A stretch of 64,000 nt of DNA from assembly GCA_031409275.1 (NCBI GenBank), contig JANNXA010000043.1, forward strand, positions 17,106 to 81,105, in the 5' to 3' direction. The position numbers and the translations under genes were made by a program. Below are positions 20,553 to 29,833 of this stretch, piece after piece (the first letter of the stretch is position 1; each line of letters starts with the position of its first letter). The notes beneath the pieces are model-generated. The model had not been told where the DNA came from. It saw only the letters and a list, made by a program, of their open reading frames with translations, and did not search any database. The DNA is from Planctomycetota bacterium. GTDB lineage: Bacteria; Planctomycetota; B15-G4; SIAN01.

Positions 20553-21287
20553 ATGCGACTGCGCACCGCCAACCCCGCGCTGACGGCGAAGGCGTTCCTC
20601 CAATCGCACGGGACGCTGGTGGCGCCGGCGGCGGGGATGCGGGTCGACGGCGTGCTGGTCAGGAGCACGCTGATGCTCGCGGCCCTGGTCGCGGCCGGTG
20701 TCGTCGGTTGGTGGCGTGATCCGGCGTGGTGGGCACTGCTTGGCGCTTCGATCGCTGCGGCAGTGAGTGGTGGCTTGATCGGTTCGCGGCCGGAGCGCGT
20801 CGCGTGGCTGGCGTGGCCCTACGTCCTGCTGCAGGGCTACGTCTACGGCGCCGTTTCGCGGCAGTTCGAGGCGCGCGCGCCAGGTCTCGTGCGCGACGCG
20901 CTGCTGGTGACGCTCGGCGTGATGGTCACCATGCTCCTGATCTACCGGCTGCGCCTGATCCGCCTCGACCGCAACTTCCGCGCGATGGTTGCTTGCGCCA
21001 TCGGCGGTCTCGCCACGGTCTATCTCGTGACCTTCGTCGCCAGCCTGTTCGGCGTCCAGCTGCCGTGGATGCACGAGGGGAGCGGGTGGGCGATCGCGCT
21101 GTCGATCTACGCGGTGACCGCGGCCGCCTTCAACCTCGTCTGCGATTTCGACACGATCGAGAACGCCGTCGACGCCGGAACGCCGCGCGCGATGGAGTGG
21201 TACGCGGCGTTCGGACTGACCGTATCGCTGGTGTGGCTCTACGTGGAGGTGCTGCGGTTGCTCTTCTTCTGGCGAAAGCGGCGATGA
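20553..21287 (+). CDS. Bax inhibitor-1/YccA family membrane protein
   Basis: N-terminal ANPAL; multi-TM; EWYAAFGLTVSLVWLYVEVLRLL. Confidence 0.88.
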   Translation: MRLRTANPALTAKAFLQSHGTLVAPAAGMRVDGVLVRSTLMLAALVAAGVVGWWRDPAWWALLGASIAAAVSGGLIGSRPERVAWLAWPYVLLQGYVYGAVSRQFEARAPGLVRDALLVTLGVMVTMLLIYRLRLIRLDRNFRAMVACAIGGLATVYLVTFVASLFGVQLPWMHEGSGWAIALSIYAVTAAAFNLVCDFDTIENAVDAGTPRAMEWYAAFGLTVSLVWLYVEVLRLLFFWRKRR

Positions 21288-22660
21288 GGTGGCTGCGGTG
21301 CTCTTCGCTCGCGCTTGGCATGGCGAGCGAGCCGTCGCAGGAGGCTCCGACCGTCGAGGAGTTCTTCGCTCGGATCGAGTCGACCTACGGCGAGCTGGCC
21401 AGCGTGATCGATGGCGGCAGCCTCATCCGCAGCGACGTCGATCCAAGGCGCGAGCAGCGCTACTCGCTGGCGTTTCGCCGCGACGCGGCGGGGCACCTCA
21501 CCTTGCGCTGGGATTGGTGGGAACTCAACGACGACGGTGCGTGCACGCGGATGGTCGCCCTCCATTGCGACGATCGCGGCGCGACGACGTGGTCGAAGGA
21601 AGACGCCGCACCGCGCGAGGCCCCATCGCTCGTCGCGGCGATCGAGCGGGCGAGCGATTGCAGCGGCTACGCCCCGTTGATCGTGGCGAAGCTGCTGTGG
21701 CCGAGTGCGCTGCCGATCGTTTCGCTCGACCAGTGGGATCGGCTTCCGACAATCGCGCAGGAGGAGGTTCTGGGGCGGCGCCGTTGGACGGCGTCTCTTG
21801 CTCTCAACGGAGCAGGCGTCAGCGCGACTCTCGACGTCGCGAGCGGAACGCTGATCGAGCTGGCGGTCGTCGAAGCGGACCGTTCGCGCTGGTTGATGCT
21901 ACTGGCTCCGCGCCTCGACGCCGTCGTGGAGGAGGCGCAGCTGGAACGAGCCCGGCCACGCCCGCCAGCGGTCCCCGAGAAACCCGCCGATGAGCGGCGC
22001 CGACGCCGCCGCGAGGAGAAAGAGCGCGAACGGCAGGGCACGGCGCAGCTCCTCTCGGCGGCCGCCCTGGTGGCGGGGATCGCGTTGCTGCGGATCGGCC
22101 TCGCGCTGTGGCGGTGGCGGCGGCCCATCGTCGTGCCGTTGTACTGGGTGTGGCCGGTCGTTGCCGCGTTCGCCTTGTACGAACTCAACCATTTCGTCGG
22201 TCGCTGGTTCGTCTCCAGCAGCATCTGGATCACCGTGGCGACCCTGGTGGGCGTCGGCTGGTTCGTGATGGCGAAGTGGCGCGAGGTGCAAACTCGGCTG
22301 GTGGTGGGCGGGATCACGTTGCGCGACGCTCACGCGCTCGCGCGCGCGGCGCTGAAGGCGTTGCGCGCGCCGGAGGACGTCACGACGGACGTCGTCGAGG
22401 ACGCCGAGGAGCACACGTTGCGTCTGGGCAAGTCCGGGCCGGCGGTCCTGGTGAAACAGAATCGCGCGCTCGGGGTGGTCTGGTTCGCGATGCGGCAACC
22501 GGAGACGGAGGCACCGCGCACGGAAGTGCTCGCAGCGATCGCCAGCTGCCTGTCTTCGGAGGTGATCGACGTGCCACGCGGGATGGCCGTGCGCTACCTG
22601 CTCGCCGGCGCGTTCTGTCTCGCGGTGGGCTCGATGTTCCTGTGGTCGACACTCCCGTGA
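21284..22660 (+). CDS. Hypothetical membrane protein with N-terminal LolA-like(?) domain
   Basis: ATGA coupling to the upstream gene; N-domain resembles the next gene; about four C-terminal TMs. Confidence 0.65.
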   Translation: MRWLRCSSLALGMASEPSQEAPTVEEFFARIESTYGELASVIDGGSLIRSDVDPRREQRYSLAFRRDAAGHLTLRWDWWELNDDGACTRMVALHCDDRGATTWSKEDAAPREAPSLVAAIERASDCSGYAPLIVAKLLWPSALPIVSLDQWDRLPTIAQEEVLGRRRWTASLALNGAGVSATLDVASGTLIELAVVEADRSRWLMLLAPRLDAVVEEAQLERARPRPPAVPEKPADERRRRRREEKERERQGTAQLLSAAALVAGIALLRIGLALWRWRRPIVVPLYWVWPVVAAFALYELNHFVGRWFVSSSIWITVATLVGVGWFVMAKWREVQTRLVVGGITLRDAHALARAALKALRAPEDVTTDVVEDAEEHTLRLGKSGPAVLVKQNRALGVVWFAMRQPETEAPRTEVLAAIASCLSSEVIDVPRGMAVRYLLAGAFCLAVGSMFLWSTLP

Positions 22661-23406
22661 CCCTCGTCGAAGAGGCTGCGGCGCTGCTCGCTTCGGCGCG
22701 CGCGCGCTACGCGACCTGCACCACCTACGCCGACTCCGGCACCGTCGTCATCGAGTATCGACAGCAGGATGGCGCCACGAGTCGGGCGGAGTTCACGTTC
22801 ACGACGGCGTTCTCGCGGCCTGACCGCTTCCGCTTCGAGTGGGGCGAGCGCAGCCCGGAGGCGGAGCGTGGGCGCGAAGTCGTGGTGCACGAAGAGGGGG
22901 TGGTGCGCAGCTGGCCGCTCGGGGCGAGCGAGCCGGTGCGCTGCACTTCACTGGTGGGCGCGCTGGCCAACGACGCGGGCGGCGCGGCCCCGCTCGTCGC
23001 GGCGCTGCTGATGCCCGACCGCTTCGACCACGGCGGGCGGCTGGCGCCGACGAGCGCAACGGCGGAAGCGCATCGCGTCGTGCTCGAGGGGGTCGAATGC
23101 TGGCGGTTCGATCGCAGCGACGGCGACATCCGGCAGCGCCTGTGGTTCGAGATCGACTCGCGGCTGCTGCGCCGGCTCGAGGAATCGCAGTCGCTCGGCG
23201 GCGTCGAGGTCGTGACGACGACGACCTACGCGCCTCGGTTCGATGGCCGGCTCGCGGCCGACGATTTCGCGCTGACCGAGCCGGCGGCGGAGCGACGCCT
23301 CGATGGGGGTGGCGCGCTACTCGGTCCCGTGGCCGCGGGCGCGTTCGTCTGCGCCGCGCTGTTCCTGCTGATCTCGGTGCTGTTGCGTCGCCGCCGAGCG
23401 ACGTAG
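22657..23406 (+). CDS. Hypothetical protein, LolA-like(?) domain plus C-terminal TM anchor
   Basis: GTGA coupling; YADSGTV..FTTAFSRPDRFRFEW..LWFEIDSRLLRR; TM followed by RRRRA. Confidence 0.7.
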   Translation: MTLVEEAAALLASARARYATCTTYADSGTVVIEYRQQDGATSRAEFTFTTAFSRPDRFRFEWGERSPEAERGREVVVHEEGVVRSWPLGASEPVRCTSLVGALANDAGGAAPLVAALLMPDRFDHGGRLAPTSATAEAHRVVLEGVECWRFDRSDGDIRQRLWFEIDSRLLRRLEESQSLGGVEVVTTTTYAPRFDGRLAADDFALTEPAAERRLDGGGALLGPVAAGAFVCAALFLLISVLLRRRRAT

Positions 23407-23455
23407 CCTGCGCCGATTCCGTCGGCAGGGCCAACGCGGACCAAGGGAGCAGACG

Positions 23456-24751
23456 ATGAGCAAGCGACGTGGAACGACCCGGCGCGACTTCCTGCGCACC
23501 TCCGCCGCCGGTGCGGCGGCATTCGCGATCGGCCGCTATCCCGGGGTCGCGCATGGCTATCCAGCCAACGGGAAACTGCGACTCGGCGTCATCGGCGTGG
23601 CGGGGCGCGGCGGCGACAACATGAACGGCGTCGCTGGCGAGGAGATCGTCGCGCTGTGCGACATCGACGGCGGCAACCTCGCGAAGGCGTGCGAGCGCTT
23701 CCCGCTGGCGAAGAGCTTCGTCGACTTCCGCAAACTGATCGAAGCCGGCGGGCTCGACGGCGTCGTGATCAGCACCCCCGATCACACACACGCGCCGGCC
23801 GCTGCGCAGGCGTTGCGCGCCGGGCTCCACGTCTACTGCGAGAAGCCGCTGACTCACTCGATCCACGAGTGCCGCACGCTGCTTCAGTTGGCGCGCGCGT
23901 CGAAGGCCGCGACGCAGATGGGCACGCAGATCCATTCGAACGACAACTATCGACGGGTCGTCGAGCTGGTGCAGGGCGGTGCGATCGGCGACGTGACCGA
24001 GGTGCATGTCTGGGTCGGCGGCGGCTACTGCGGCGGCGAGCGTCCGACCGACAAGCCCGCGCTGCCGGCCGGACTCGATTGGGATCTGTGGCTCGGTCCG
24101 GCGCCGCAACGCGACTACCACCCGGCCTACGCTCCGTTCGCATGGCGCGGTTGGTGGGACTACGGCAACGGCACGCTCGGCGACATGGCGTGCCACCACA
24201 TGGACCTCCCGTTCTGGGCGCTCGCCCTGTCCGGTCCGACGCAGATCGCGGTCGAGGGGCCGCCGCCGCATGCCGACGCCTGCCCGCCGTGGCTGATCGT
24301 GAAGTACACGATGGCGAAGAAGGCCGGCGGCAGCGTGCCGCTCACCTGGTACCACGGTGACAAGCGACCGCACCACTTCGCTGACGGCCTGCTGCCGCAG
24401 TGGGGCAACGGGACGCTCTTCGTCGGCACCAAGGGAACGCTGCTGGCCGACTACGACCGCAACGTGCTGCTGCCGGAGAAGCGGTTCGAAGGATTCGTGC
24501 GGCCGGCGCCGACCATCGCGGCCTCGCCCGGCCACTACGCCGAGTGGATCGGCCAAGCGAAGGGGGAGGCGATCGTGGCGACCTGCCGCTTCGACTACGC
24601 GGCGCCGCTGACCGAGGCCGTGCTGCTCGGGTGTGTCGCCCATCGCGCGGGCAACGCGACGCTGAGTTGGGACTCCGTGAAGGGGACCACCGGCAGGCCC
24701 GAAGTCGACGCGCTCCTGCGCCGCGACTACCGAGCGGGGTGGAGCCTGTGA
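23456..24751 (+). CDS. Gfo/Idh/MocA family oxidoreductase (Tat)
   Basis: TRRDFL; GVIGVAGRG; STPDHTH; YCEKPL; DWDLWLGPAP; GDMACH. Confidence 0.95.
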   Translation: MSKRRGTTRRDFLRTSAAGAAAFAIGRYPGVAHGYPANGKLRLGVIGVAGRGGDNMNGVAGEEIVALCDIDGGNLAKACERFPLAKSFVDFRKLIEAGGLDGVVISTPDHTHAPAAAQALRAGLHVYCEKPLTHSIHECRTLLQLARASKAATQMGTQIHSNDNYRRVVELVQGGAIGDVTEVHVWVGGGYCGGERPTDKPALPAGLDWDLWLGPAPQRDYHPAYAPFAWRGWWDYGNGTLGDMACHHMDLPFWALALSGPTQIAVEGPPPHADACPPWLIVKYTMAKKAGGSVPLTWYHGDKRPHHFADGLLPQWGNGTLFVGTKGTLLADYDRNVLLPEKRFEGFVRPAPTIAASPGHYAEWIGQAKGEAIVATCRFDYAAPLTEAVLLGCVAHRAGNATLSWDSVKGTTGRPEVDALLRRDYRAGWSL

Positions 24752-24910
24752 ACCGCGAAAGGGCGCGTCGCGGGCGACGGAACGGGCACGATCGGCCGCT
24801 GCGACCGCGTGCCCCCCTGGGGGAGTTGACGGCACACGCTTCGCCTCGGTGACCGACGTCGCCCGCGGACGGACCTCATTCCGCCTCGCCGCGCGATCCC
24901 GGAGAACCGC

Positions 24911-25384
24911 ATGTTTGCCACCCCGAGTCAGCTGTCGGAAGGCTCGCGCAAGAGCATCTCGGCAGCGCTCTTGTCGCTGCTCGCCGATGGTCTGGACCTC
25001 TACAGCCAGATCAAGGTCGCCCATTGGAACGTGCGCGGGCCGCAGTTCGCCGCGCTCCATCCGCTGTTCGAGACGTTTGCGGTCAGCCTCGCCAACCACA
25101 CCGACGAGATCGCCGAGCGCGCGGTGACGCTCGGGTCGCTGGCGCGCGGCACGTCACGACACGTCGCTGCGAGCTCGCGAATTCCCGAGTACCCGCAAGA
25201 AGTCACGCGCGACCTCGAGCACGTCGGCCTGCTCGCCGAGCGCTTCGACGTCTTCCTGAAGAGTCTGCGATCCACTCGCTCGGTGGCCGAGAAAGAGGTC
25301 GACACCGATACCGTCGACCTCCTGACCGGTGTCATCAGCGAGTTCGAGAAGCACGGCTGGATGCTGCGCGCCTCGCTCTCCTGA
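24911..25384 (+). CDS. dps: DNA starvation/stationary phase protection protein Dps
   Basis: KVAHWNVRGPQFAALHPLFE, DEIAER, DTDTVDLL, EKHGWML; GGAG RBS. Confidence 0.95.
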   Translation: MFATPSQLSEGSRKSISAALLSLLADGLDLYSQIKVAHWNVRGPQFAALHPLFETFAVSLANHTDEIAERAVTLGSLARGTSRHVAASSRIPEYPQEVTRDLEHVGLLAERFDVFLKSLRSTRSVAEKEVDTDTVDLLTGVISEFEKHGWMLRASLS

Positions 25385-25386
25385 TC

Positions 25387-25517
25387 GGTGGCGGGGATCT
25401 TTCTCCCGCCGAATCAGCACTCCGCGTCCCAGCACGCCGACGAACCGGTGGCGGGGATCTTTCCTCCGCTCGCGCCGCACCTGGCGCGGAAACAGTGGTG
25501 GAAAGATCCCCGCCACC
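25387..25517. repeat. REP-like cluster, 3 copies of GGTGGCGGGGATCTTTC(C)
   Basis: Direct copies at 25387 and 25447, inverted copy at 25495-25517, between convergent genes. Confidence 0.85.
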
Positions 25518-25574
25518 AATCGTGCGCGTCACCGATCGCGCGCGCCATCGAGGCGGTGCCGGGTGGCGGGAGGG

Positions 25575-26612
25575 TCAGTGTTGCAGGAGCGGTGCCGCGA
25601 TCGGGGCGATCAGCTCGGCGGCGAGCTTGCATCCCTTGGCGTTGAAGTGGGTGTCGATCGGGTCGAGCGAGAGGAAGAGCTTCTCGAACGCTTTGACCTT
25701 GGTGAGCAGGCCGGCGCGCAGGTCGACGAACGGCCAGCCATGATCGGCGGCGAGCCGCACGACGCTCGCGTGGTCCTTCCACACTTCGTGGGTCTCGTCC
25801 TGCAGTTCCTTGGTCGATGACATCTCCGGGATCGCGGCGAGCAGGAAGGGGATGCCGCGCGCGGCGCAGTCGGCCGCGATCGCCTCGATCCGCTGCGCCG
25901 TCAACGGCCAGTGCGTCGACCCGCGCGCGTCGTAGTCGCCGCGCTCGTAGCGCCGACCCGCCTCGAGCTTCGCGGCGACGGCGTAGAGGAAACTGCGCGC
26001 GAGGTACGGCTTCCACGAGTAGGGCAACGGCAGATCGTCGTGGTAGAGGACGTGCAGCGCGGGCGCCCACGTCAGCGCGTTGGGCTCCTTGTCGTTGGCG
26101 AAGTAGAGCAGGATCACGAGGTCCGGCGCGAGCTCGAACCCGACGCGCTGCAGCAGCAGCGCCTCCTGTCGCGTCTGGTAGCCCGGGACACCGAGGTTCA
26201 GCACCTCGGTCGCCGGCAGCAGCGACTGCAGCTGTGCCGCGATCGCATCGCCTTCCGTGACGCCGAGCCCGAAGGCGTAGCTGTCGCCGACCAGCAGGAC
26301 GCGCTGCTTGCCGTCCGGCTTGCGCGCATCGACCTCCGCTCCGCGCAGGCCGCGTGAATTGACGCGATAGTCGATCCCGTCGACCTCCGCGCGAAACCCG
26401 GGCGCCAGGCGAAAACGCAGCTCGCGATCGTCGAGCGTCAACAGCCCTTCCTGTGCGAGCTTCCAATAGCCCGAGAGGTCGTCGATCTGGCGATCGATGC
26501 GGTCGTAGCGCGGATCGCCGATCAGCTGGATCGCGAGCTCCACCAGCATCGGGGTCAGCAGCGTCGCCGCCAACGCCAGCGCGAGCCGCTTGCGCCAATC
26601 GCGTCCGCTCAT
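25575..26612 (-). CDS. SGNH/GDSL hydrolase family protein
   Basis: NSRGLRG, GDSYAFG, NLGVPGY, DTHFN; N-terminal TM. Confidence 0.88.
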   Translation of the reverse strand: MSGRDWRKRLALALAATLLTPMLVELAIQLIGDPRYDRIDRQIDDLSGYWKLAQEGLLTLDDRELRFRLAPGFRAEVDGIDYRVNSRGLRGAEVDARKPDGKQRVLLVGDSYAFGLGVTEGDAIAAQLQSLLPATEVLNLGVPGYQTRQEALLLQRVGFELAPDLVILLYFANDKEPNALTWAPALHVLYHDDLPLPYSWKPYLARSFLYAVAAKLEAGRRYERGDYDARGSTHWPLTAQRIEAIAADCAARGIPFLLAAIPEMSSTKELQDETHEVWKDHASVVRLAADHGWPFVDLRAGLLTKVKAFEKLFLSLDPIDTHFNAKGCKLAAELIAPIAAPLLQH

Positions 26613-27673
26613 CGCGACGCCCCGCCGCCGCCGAGGGCACGGACGCGCACCGGATTGCAGAAGTCAGGCGAGGCGATGGCGAGCTTGACGGCGCGCGTTT
26701 CGACGTCGACCTCGAACAGGGCGCCACGGCCGTGGCCGGCGAAACCCTTGCCGGAGCCGTCATCGCCGAGGTCGAGCGGATCAGCGCTGCCATCGGTGAC
26801 GAAGAGGCGGCCGCAGTAGACCGTCGCGCACGTCGGGTCGCGCAGCTCGCGACTCCACGCGAAGAGCTCGGAATGGCCGTCGCGCTGCAGTTCGTAGAGG
26901 CCGCCGCGAAACCGCGCCGGCACTTTCGGATCGGCATTGACGTCGGCGACGAGGAAGCGGTCGCCGTGCCAGGGCTGCAACGAGAACGGGCTCACCAGCG
27001 CGAGCCGGCCCGCCTCGGCGAATCCGCTGCCGTCGAGCGCGGCACGGAAGAGCCCGCCTTCGTGGAGTGCCGCGATGTCGACTCGCCACGCGTCCGCATC
27101 GAGGATCCACGCGACTCCATCGACGAAGGCGACGTCGACCGGCACTTCGAGCGGCGCGCCGCAAGCCACGATCGACACCGTGCTCCCATCGGCGCTGAAT
27201 CGGAAGACGGCGCCGGGACCGCTGCCGTCCGCGAAGGTGACGCCGCGATCGGTCACCCAGATGCTGCCGTCAGGCGCTCGCGCGAAGCTGGTCGGATCGA
27301 CAAGCACCGGCGGCAACCTCAGCTCCCGCGTCGTGCCGTCGGCGTCGAGTCGGAGGATCGTGCCGCGACCGGCGCTCTCGATCTGGTCGAGGATCAGCAG
27401 GCCGCCGTCGGCGTCGGCGAGGACGTCGACCGGATCGACGAATGCCCGCGACGAATGGAGCAGCGAGAGCGTTCCGCTCGCCACGTCGTAGAGGAAGAGG
27501 GCTCCGGGTCGCCCGCCGAGGGCCAGCGGATCGGCATCGACGTCGACGATCACCAGCCGCGAAGCGGCGGCGTCGCTGGCGCGCGGCGACGGGGCTGCCG
27601 GGTCAGGCGCGCCGCATCCGGCGCTCGCCACGGCAAGCGCGCTCGCGGCAAGGAGTCGGCGCGATGCGTTCAT
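26609..27673 (-). CDS. Beta-propeller (NHL/SMP-30-like) lipoprotein
   Basis: Lipobox ASAGC; repeated DPxDV/DPxSF..DG blade motifs. Confidence 0.7.
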   Translation of the reverse strand: MNASRRLLAASALAVASAGCGAPDPAAPSPRASDAAASRLVIVDVDADPLALGGRPGALFLYDVASGTLSLLHSSRAFVDPVDVLADADGGLLILDQIESAGRGTILRLDADGTTRELRLPPVLVDPTSFARAPDGSIWVTDRGVTFADGSGPGAVFRFSADGSTVSIVACGAPLEVPVDVAFVDGVAWILDADAWRVDIAALHEGGLFRAALDGSGFAEAGRLALVSPFSLQPWHGDRFLVADVNADPKVPARFRGGLYELQRDGHSELFAWSRELRDPTCATVYCGRLFVTDGSADPLDLGDDGSGKGFAGHGRGALFEVDVETRAVKLAIASPDFCNPVRVRALGGGGASR

Positions 27674-27703
27674 GAGCGGCGGACGATAGCGGCTGCGTTC
27701 CGC

Positions 27704-28774
27704 TCACTCGCGGGGGCCGCGCGAGTCGGCGAGCCAGTGGAGCTGCGCATCCTGGCGCGCAACGACCAGGCCGAGCACCTGCGCGGCCATCGCCGTCGTC
27801 GCGAGGATGAAGAACGCCTTCACCACCGGTCCGATCCACGGCACGGCGCCAAACAGCAGGCCGCCGCCGAGCATGGCGCCGAGCGCGGCGCAGAAGAGCG
27901 CCACCACCAACGCGTACTCGATGCCGCACGCGCGCATTCCTCTGCCGATTCGCACGGGATCGAGTCCTCGAAGCGAGCCATCGACGGCCACCGACGCGAG
28001 CGCCATCGGGAACGCGACGAAGCCCAGTGCCGACAGCACCATTCCGAAGAGCAGCGGTAGCGGTCCGATCGTCATGGCCAACAGGCCCGGTCCGACGCAC
28101 GCGGCGAGCGTTGCGAACGACTCCACCGCCGGAATCGCGACGCTCTCTTGCACGCTCGTGAAGGTGGGGAACCGTTCCAGCGCGGGGCGGCCGAGCGCGC
28201 TGTCGCAGATGACCTGCTGCACCCACGCGAACTGGTATCCGAGCACCAGCAGGAAGAGGACGATGCCGGTCGCCGACAGCAACAGGTCGTGCATCAGCGG
28301 GACGGGCGCTGCGCCCGCGGATCGAGTGAGGTTCTGGAAGGCGGCGAAGAGCGTCGCGCGCGTCGCGGTGCCGAGCAGTGCATCGAGCGTGCCGTAGCAG
28401 ACGCTGCCCGCCAGCATGAGCTGCAGGCCGGTGCCCGACAGTGGCGCGCGAATGGCGTTGCCGAGGTGGCGTTCGTACCGGCGACGCTCGCCGACCGACG
28501 GGTCCGGCAACGACTCGCCGCGGCCACCGCAGTTGCACAACCAGTAGGTGTTGCCGTGGTCGTTCAGCCGGCGGACGCAGTTGGCGCACCAATGCGTCTT
28601 GCAGCGGTCGCAACGCACCAGCGCGTCGACTTCGCGGTGGCGCGCGCAGCGCTGCATCGACTGCGCCGGCGCGGCGTCGACGTGGCCGCCGATCACCTTG
28701 CGCGGTGATTCCGGCGGCGTCGCAGCGCCGGTTCCGGCGGACGCTTCCGTTGGTTTCGAGCCGACCCCTGCCAC
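27704..28774 (-). CDS. Membrane protein with N-terminal B-box-like zinc finger
   Basis: CARH..CDRC..CANC..CNC, then multiple TMs. Confidence 0.75.
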   Translation of the reverse strand: MAGVGSKPTEASAGTGAATPPESPRKVIGGHVDAAPAQSMQRCARHREVDALVRCDRCKTHWCANCVRRLNDHGNTYWLCNCGGRGESLPDPSVGERRRYERHLGNAIRAPLSGTGLQLMLAGSVCYGTLDALLGTATRATLFAAFQNLTRSAGAAPVPLMHDLLLSATGIVLFLLVLGYQFAWVQQVICDSALGRPALERFPTFTSVQESVAIPAVESFATLAACVGPGLLAMTIGPLPLLFGMVLSALGFVAFPMALASVAVDGSLRGLDPVRIGRGMRACGIEYALVVALFCAALGAMLGGGLLFGAVPWIGPVVKAFFILATTAMAAQVLGLVVARQDAQLHWLADSRGPRE

Positions 28775-28804
28775 GGGCAGATCTCCAGTGATCTCCTCGA
28801 TCGG

Positions 28805-29746
28805 CTAGCGGCCACCCGGAACTGGACTGCTCCCGCTCGCGCCCTCCCCGTCGCTCGGGAGCGCTCCCCCCAGGCGCGCGCGCAAGCGCTCGATCAGCTC
28901 GCGGATGGTGGCAGGGCCGTGGCCGGCGTAGTGGTTGTTCGCGTAGACCCAGACATCGCGTCCCGCTTCGAGCGTCGCCGCGAGCAGCTCGGCCCACTTC
29001 GCAAGGCGAGCCGACTGGTCGACGACCACCTCGCCCCAGCTCGTCGTGCGCCGTTCGATCGCTTCGCGGTCGCCCAGGAGTCGCAGGTAGCACCACGGCG
29101 CGGGCGCGACGTCGACGCGCGTCGCCACCCGTTCGGGTCCGTCCATCCACGGATGGTCGATCCAGACCAGCCCGCGTCCGCCGGCGCGCAGGACGTCCAG
29201 CACGGGCGTCGACCACAGGGTCTTGTTGCGAACTTCGAGCGCCACTCGCATCGACTTCGGGAAGAGCTCGAGGAACGGCGCGAGCCGCTCCGCGAACGGC
29301 TCGGGTTCGATCCCTTCCGCTTTTCGAAAGTAGCGCAACTGCACGACGACGACGCCGAGCCGATCGCCAAACGCCTCGAGCGCATCGACGAACGCGCGCG
29401 TCTCGTCGCCGACTCCGAGCAGCAGCTTCTCGTGCGTGATCGACTGCGGGACCTTCGGGCAGAAGAGGAAGCCCGGCGGCGTGCGCTGCACCCAGCCTTC
29501 CACCGTGCGGCGCGTCGGCATCCGATAGAAGGTGCTGTCGATCTCGACGCTGCGGAACTGCTCGGCGTAGCGAGTCAGCAGCGCCTTCTTCGCGGTCCCT
29601 TCGGCATAGAAGGGGCCGATCCAGTCAGGGTAGTCCCAGCCCGAAGTGCCGAAGTGCACGCGTCCCTGCAATGCCGCGAGCGTCGCCGGCGCAGCGGCGG
29701 GCGGTGGTGGTGACGACGGAGGCGGCGGCGGTCCGGCGGGAGGCAT
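28805..29746 (-). CDS. DUF72 family protein
   Basis: GTSGWDYPDWIGPFY, VEIDSTFYRMP, KVPQSITHE, ALEVRN, YANNHYAGHGP. Confidence 0.93.
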   Translation of the reverse strand: MPPAGPPPPPSSPPPPAAAPATLAALQGRVHFGTSGWDYPDWIGPFYAEGTAKKALLTRYAEQFRSVEIDSTFYRMPTRRTVEGWVQRTPPGFLFCPKVPQSITHEKLLLGVGDETRAFVDALEAFGDRLGVVVVQLRYFRKAEGIEPEPFAERLAPFLELFPKSMRVALEVRNKTLWSTPVLDVLRAGGRGLVWIDHPWMDGPERVATRVDVAPAPWCYLRLLGDREAIERRTTSWGEVVVDQSARLAKWAELLAATLEAGRDVWVYANNHYAGHGPATIRELIERLRARLGGALPSDGEGASGSSPVPGGR

Positions 29747-29833
29747 GCGTGCGATTCTGCCCTGCGAGCGGTGGGCGCGGCTACGCTGCGACCTCGTCGC
29801 GGCGGGGGCTGGCGACGGAACGACGAGGGGTGA

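Noticed and set aside
25387..25517. CRISPR array
   Set aside because: Only 2-3 copies per cluster, mixed orientation, no regular spacers and no cas genes; fits REP-like repeats.
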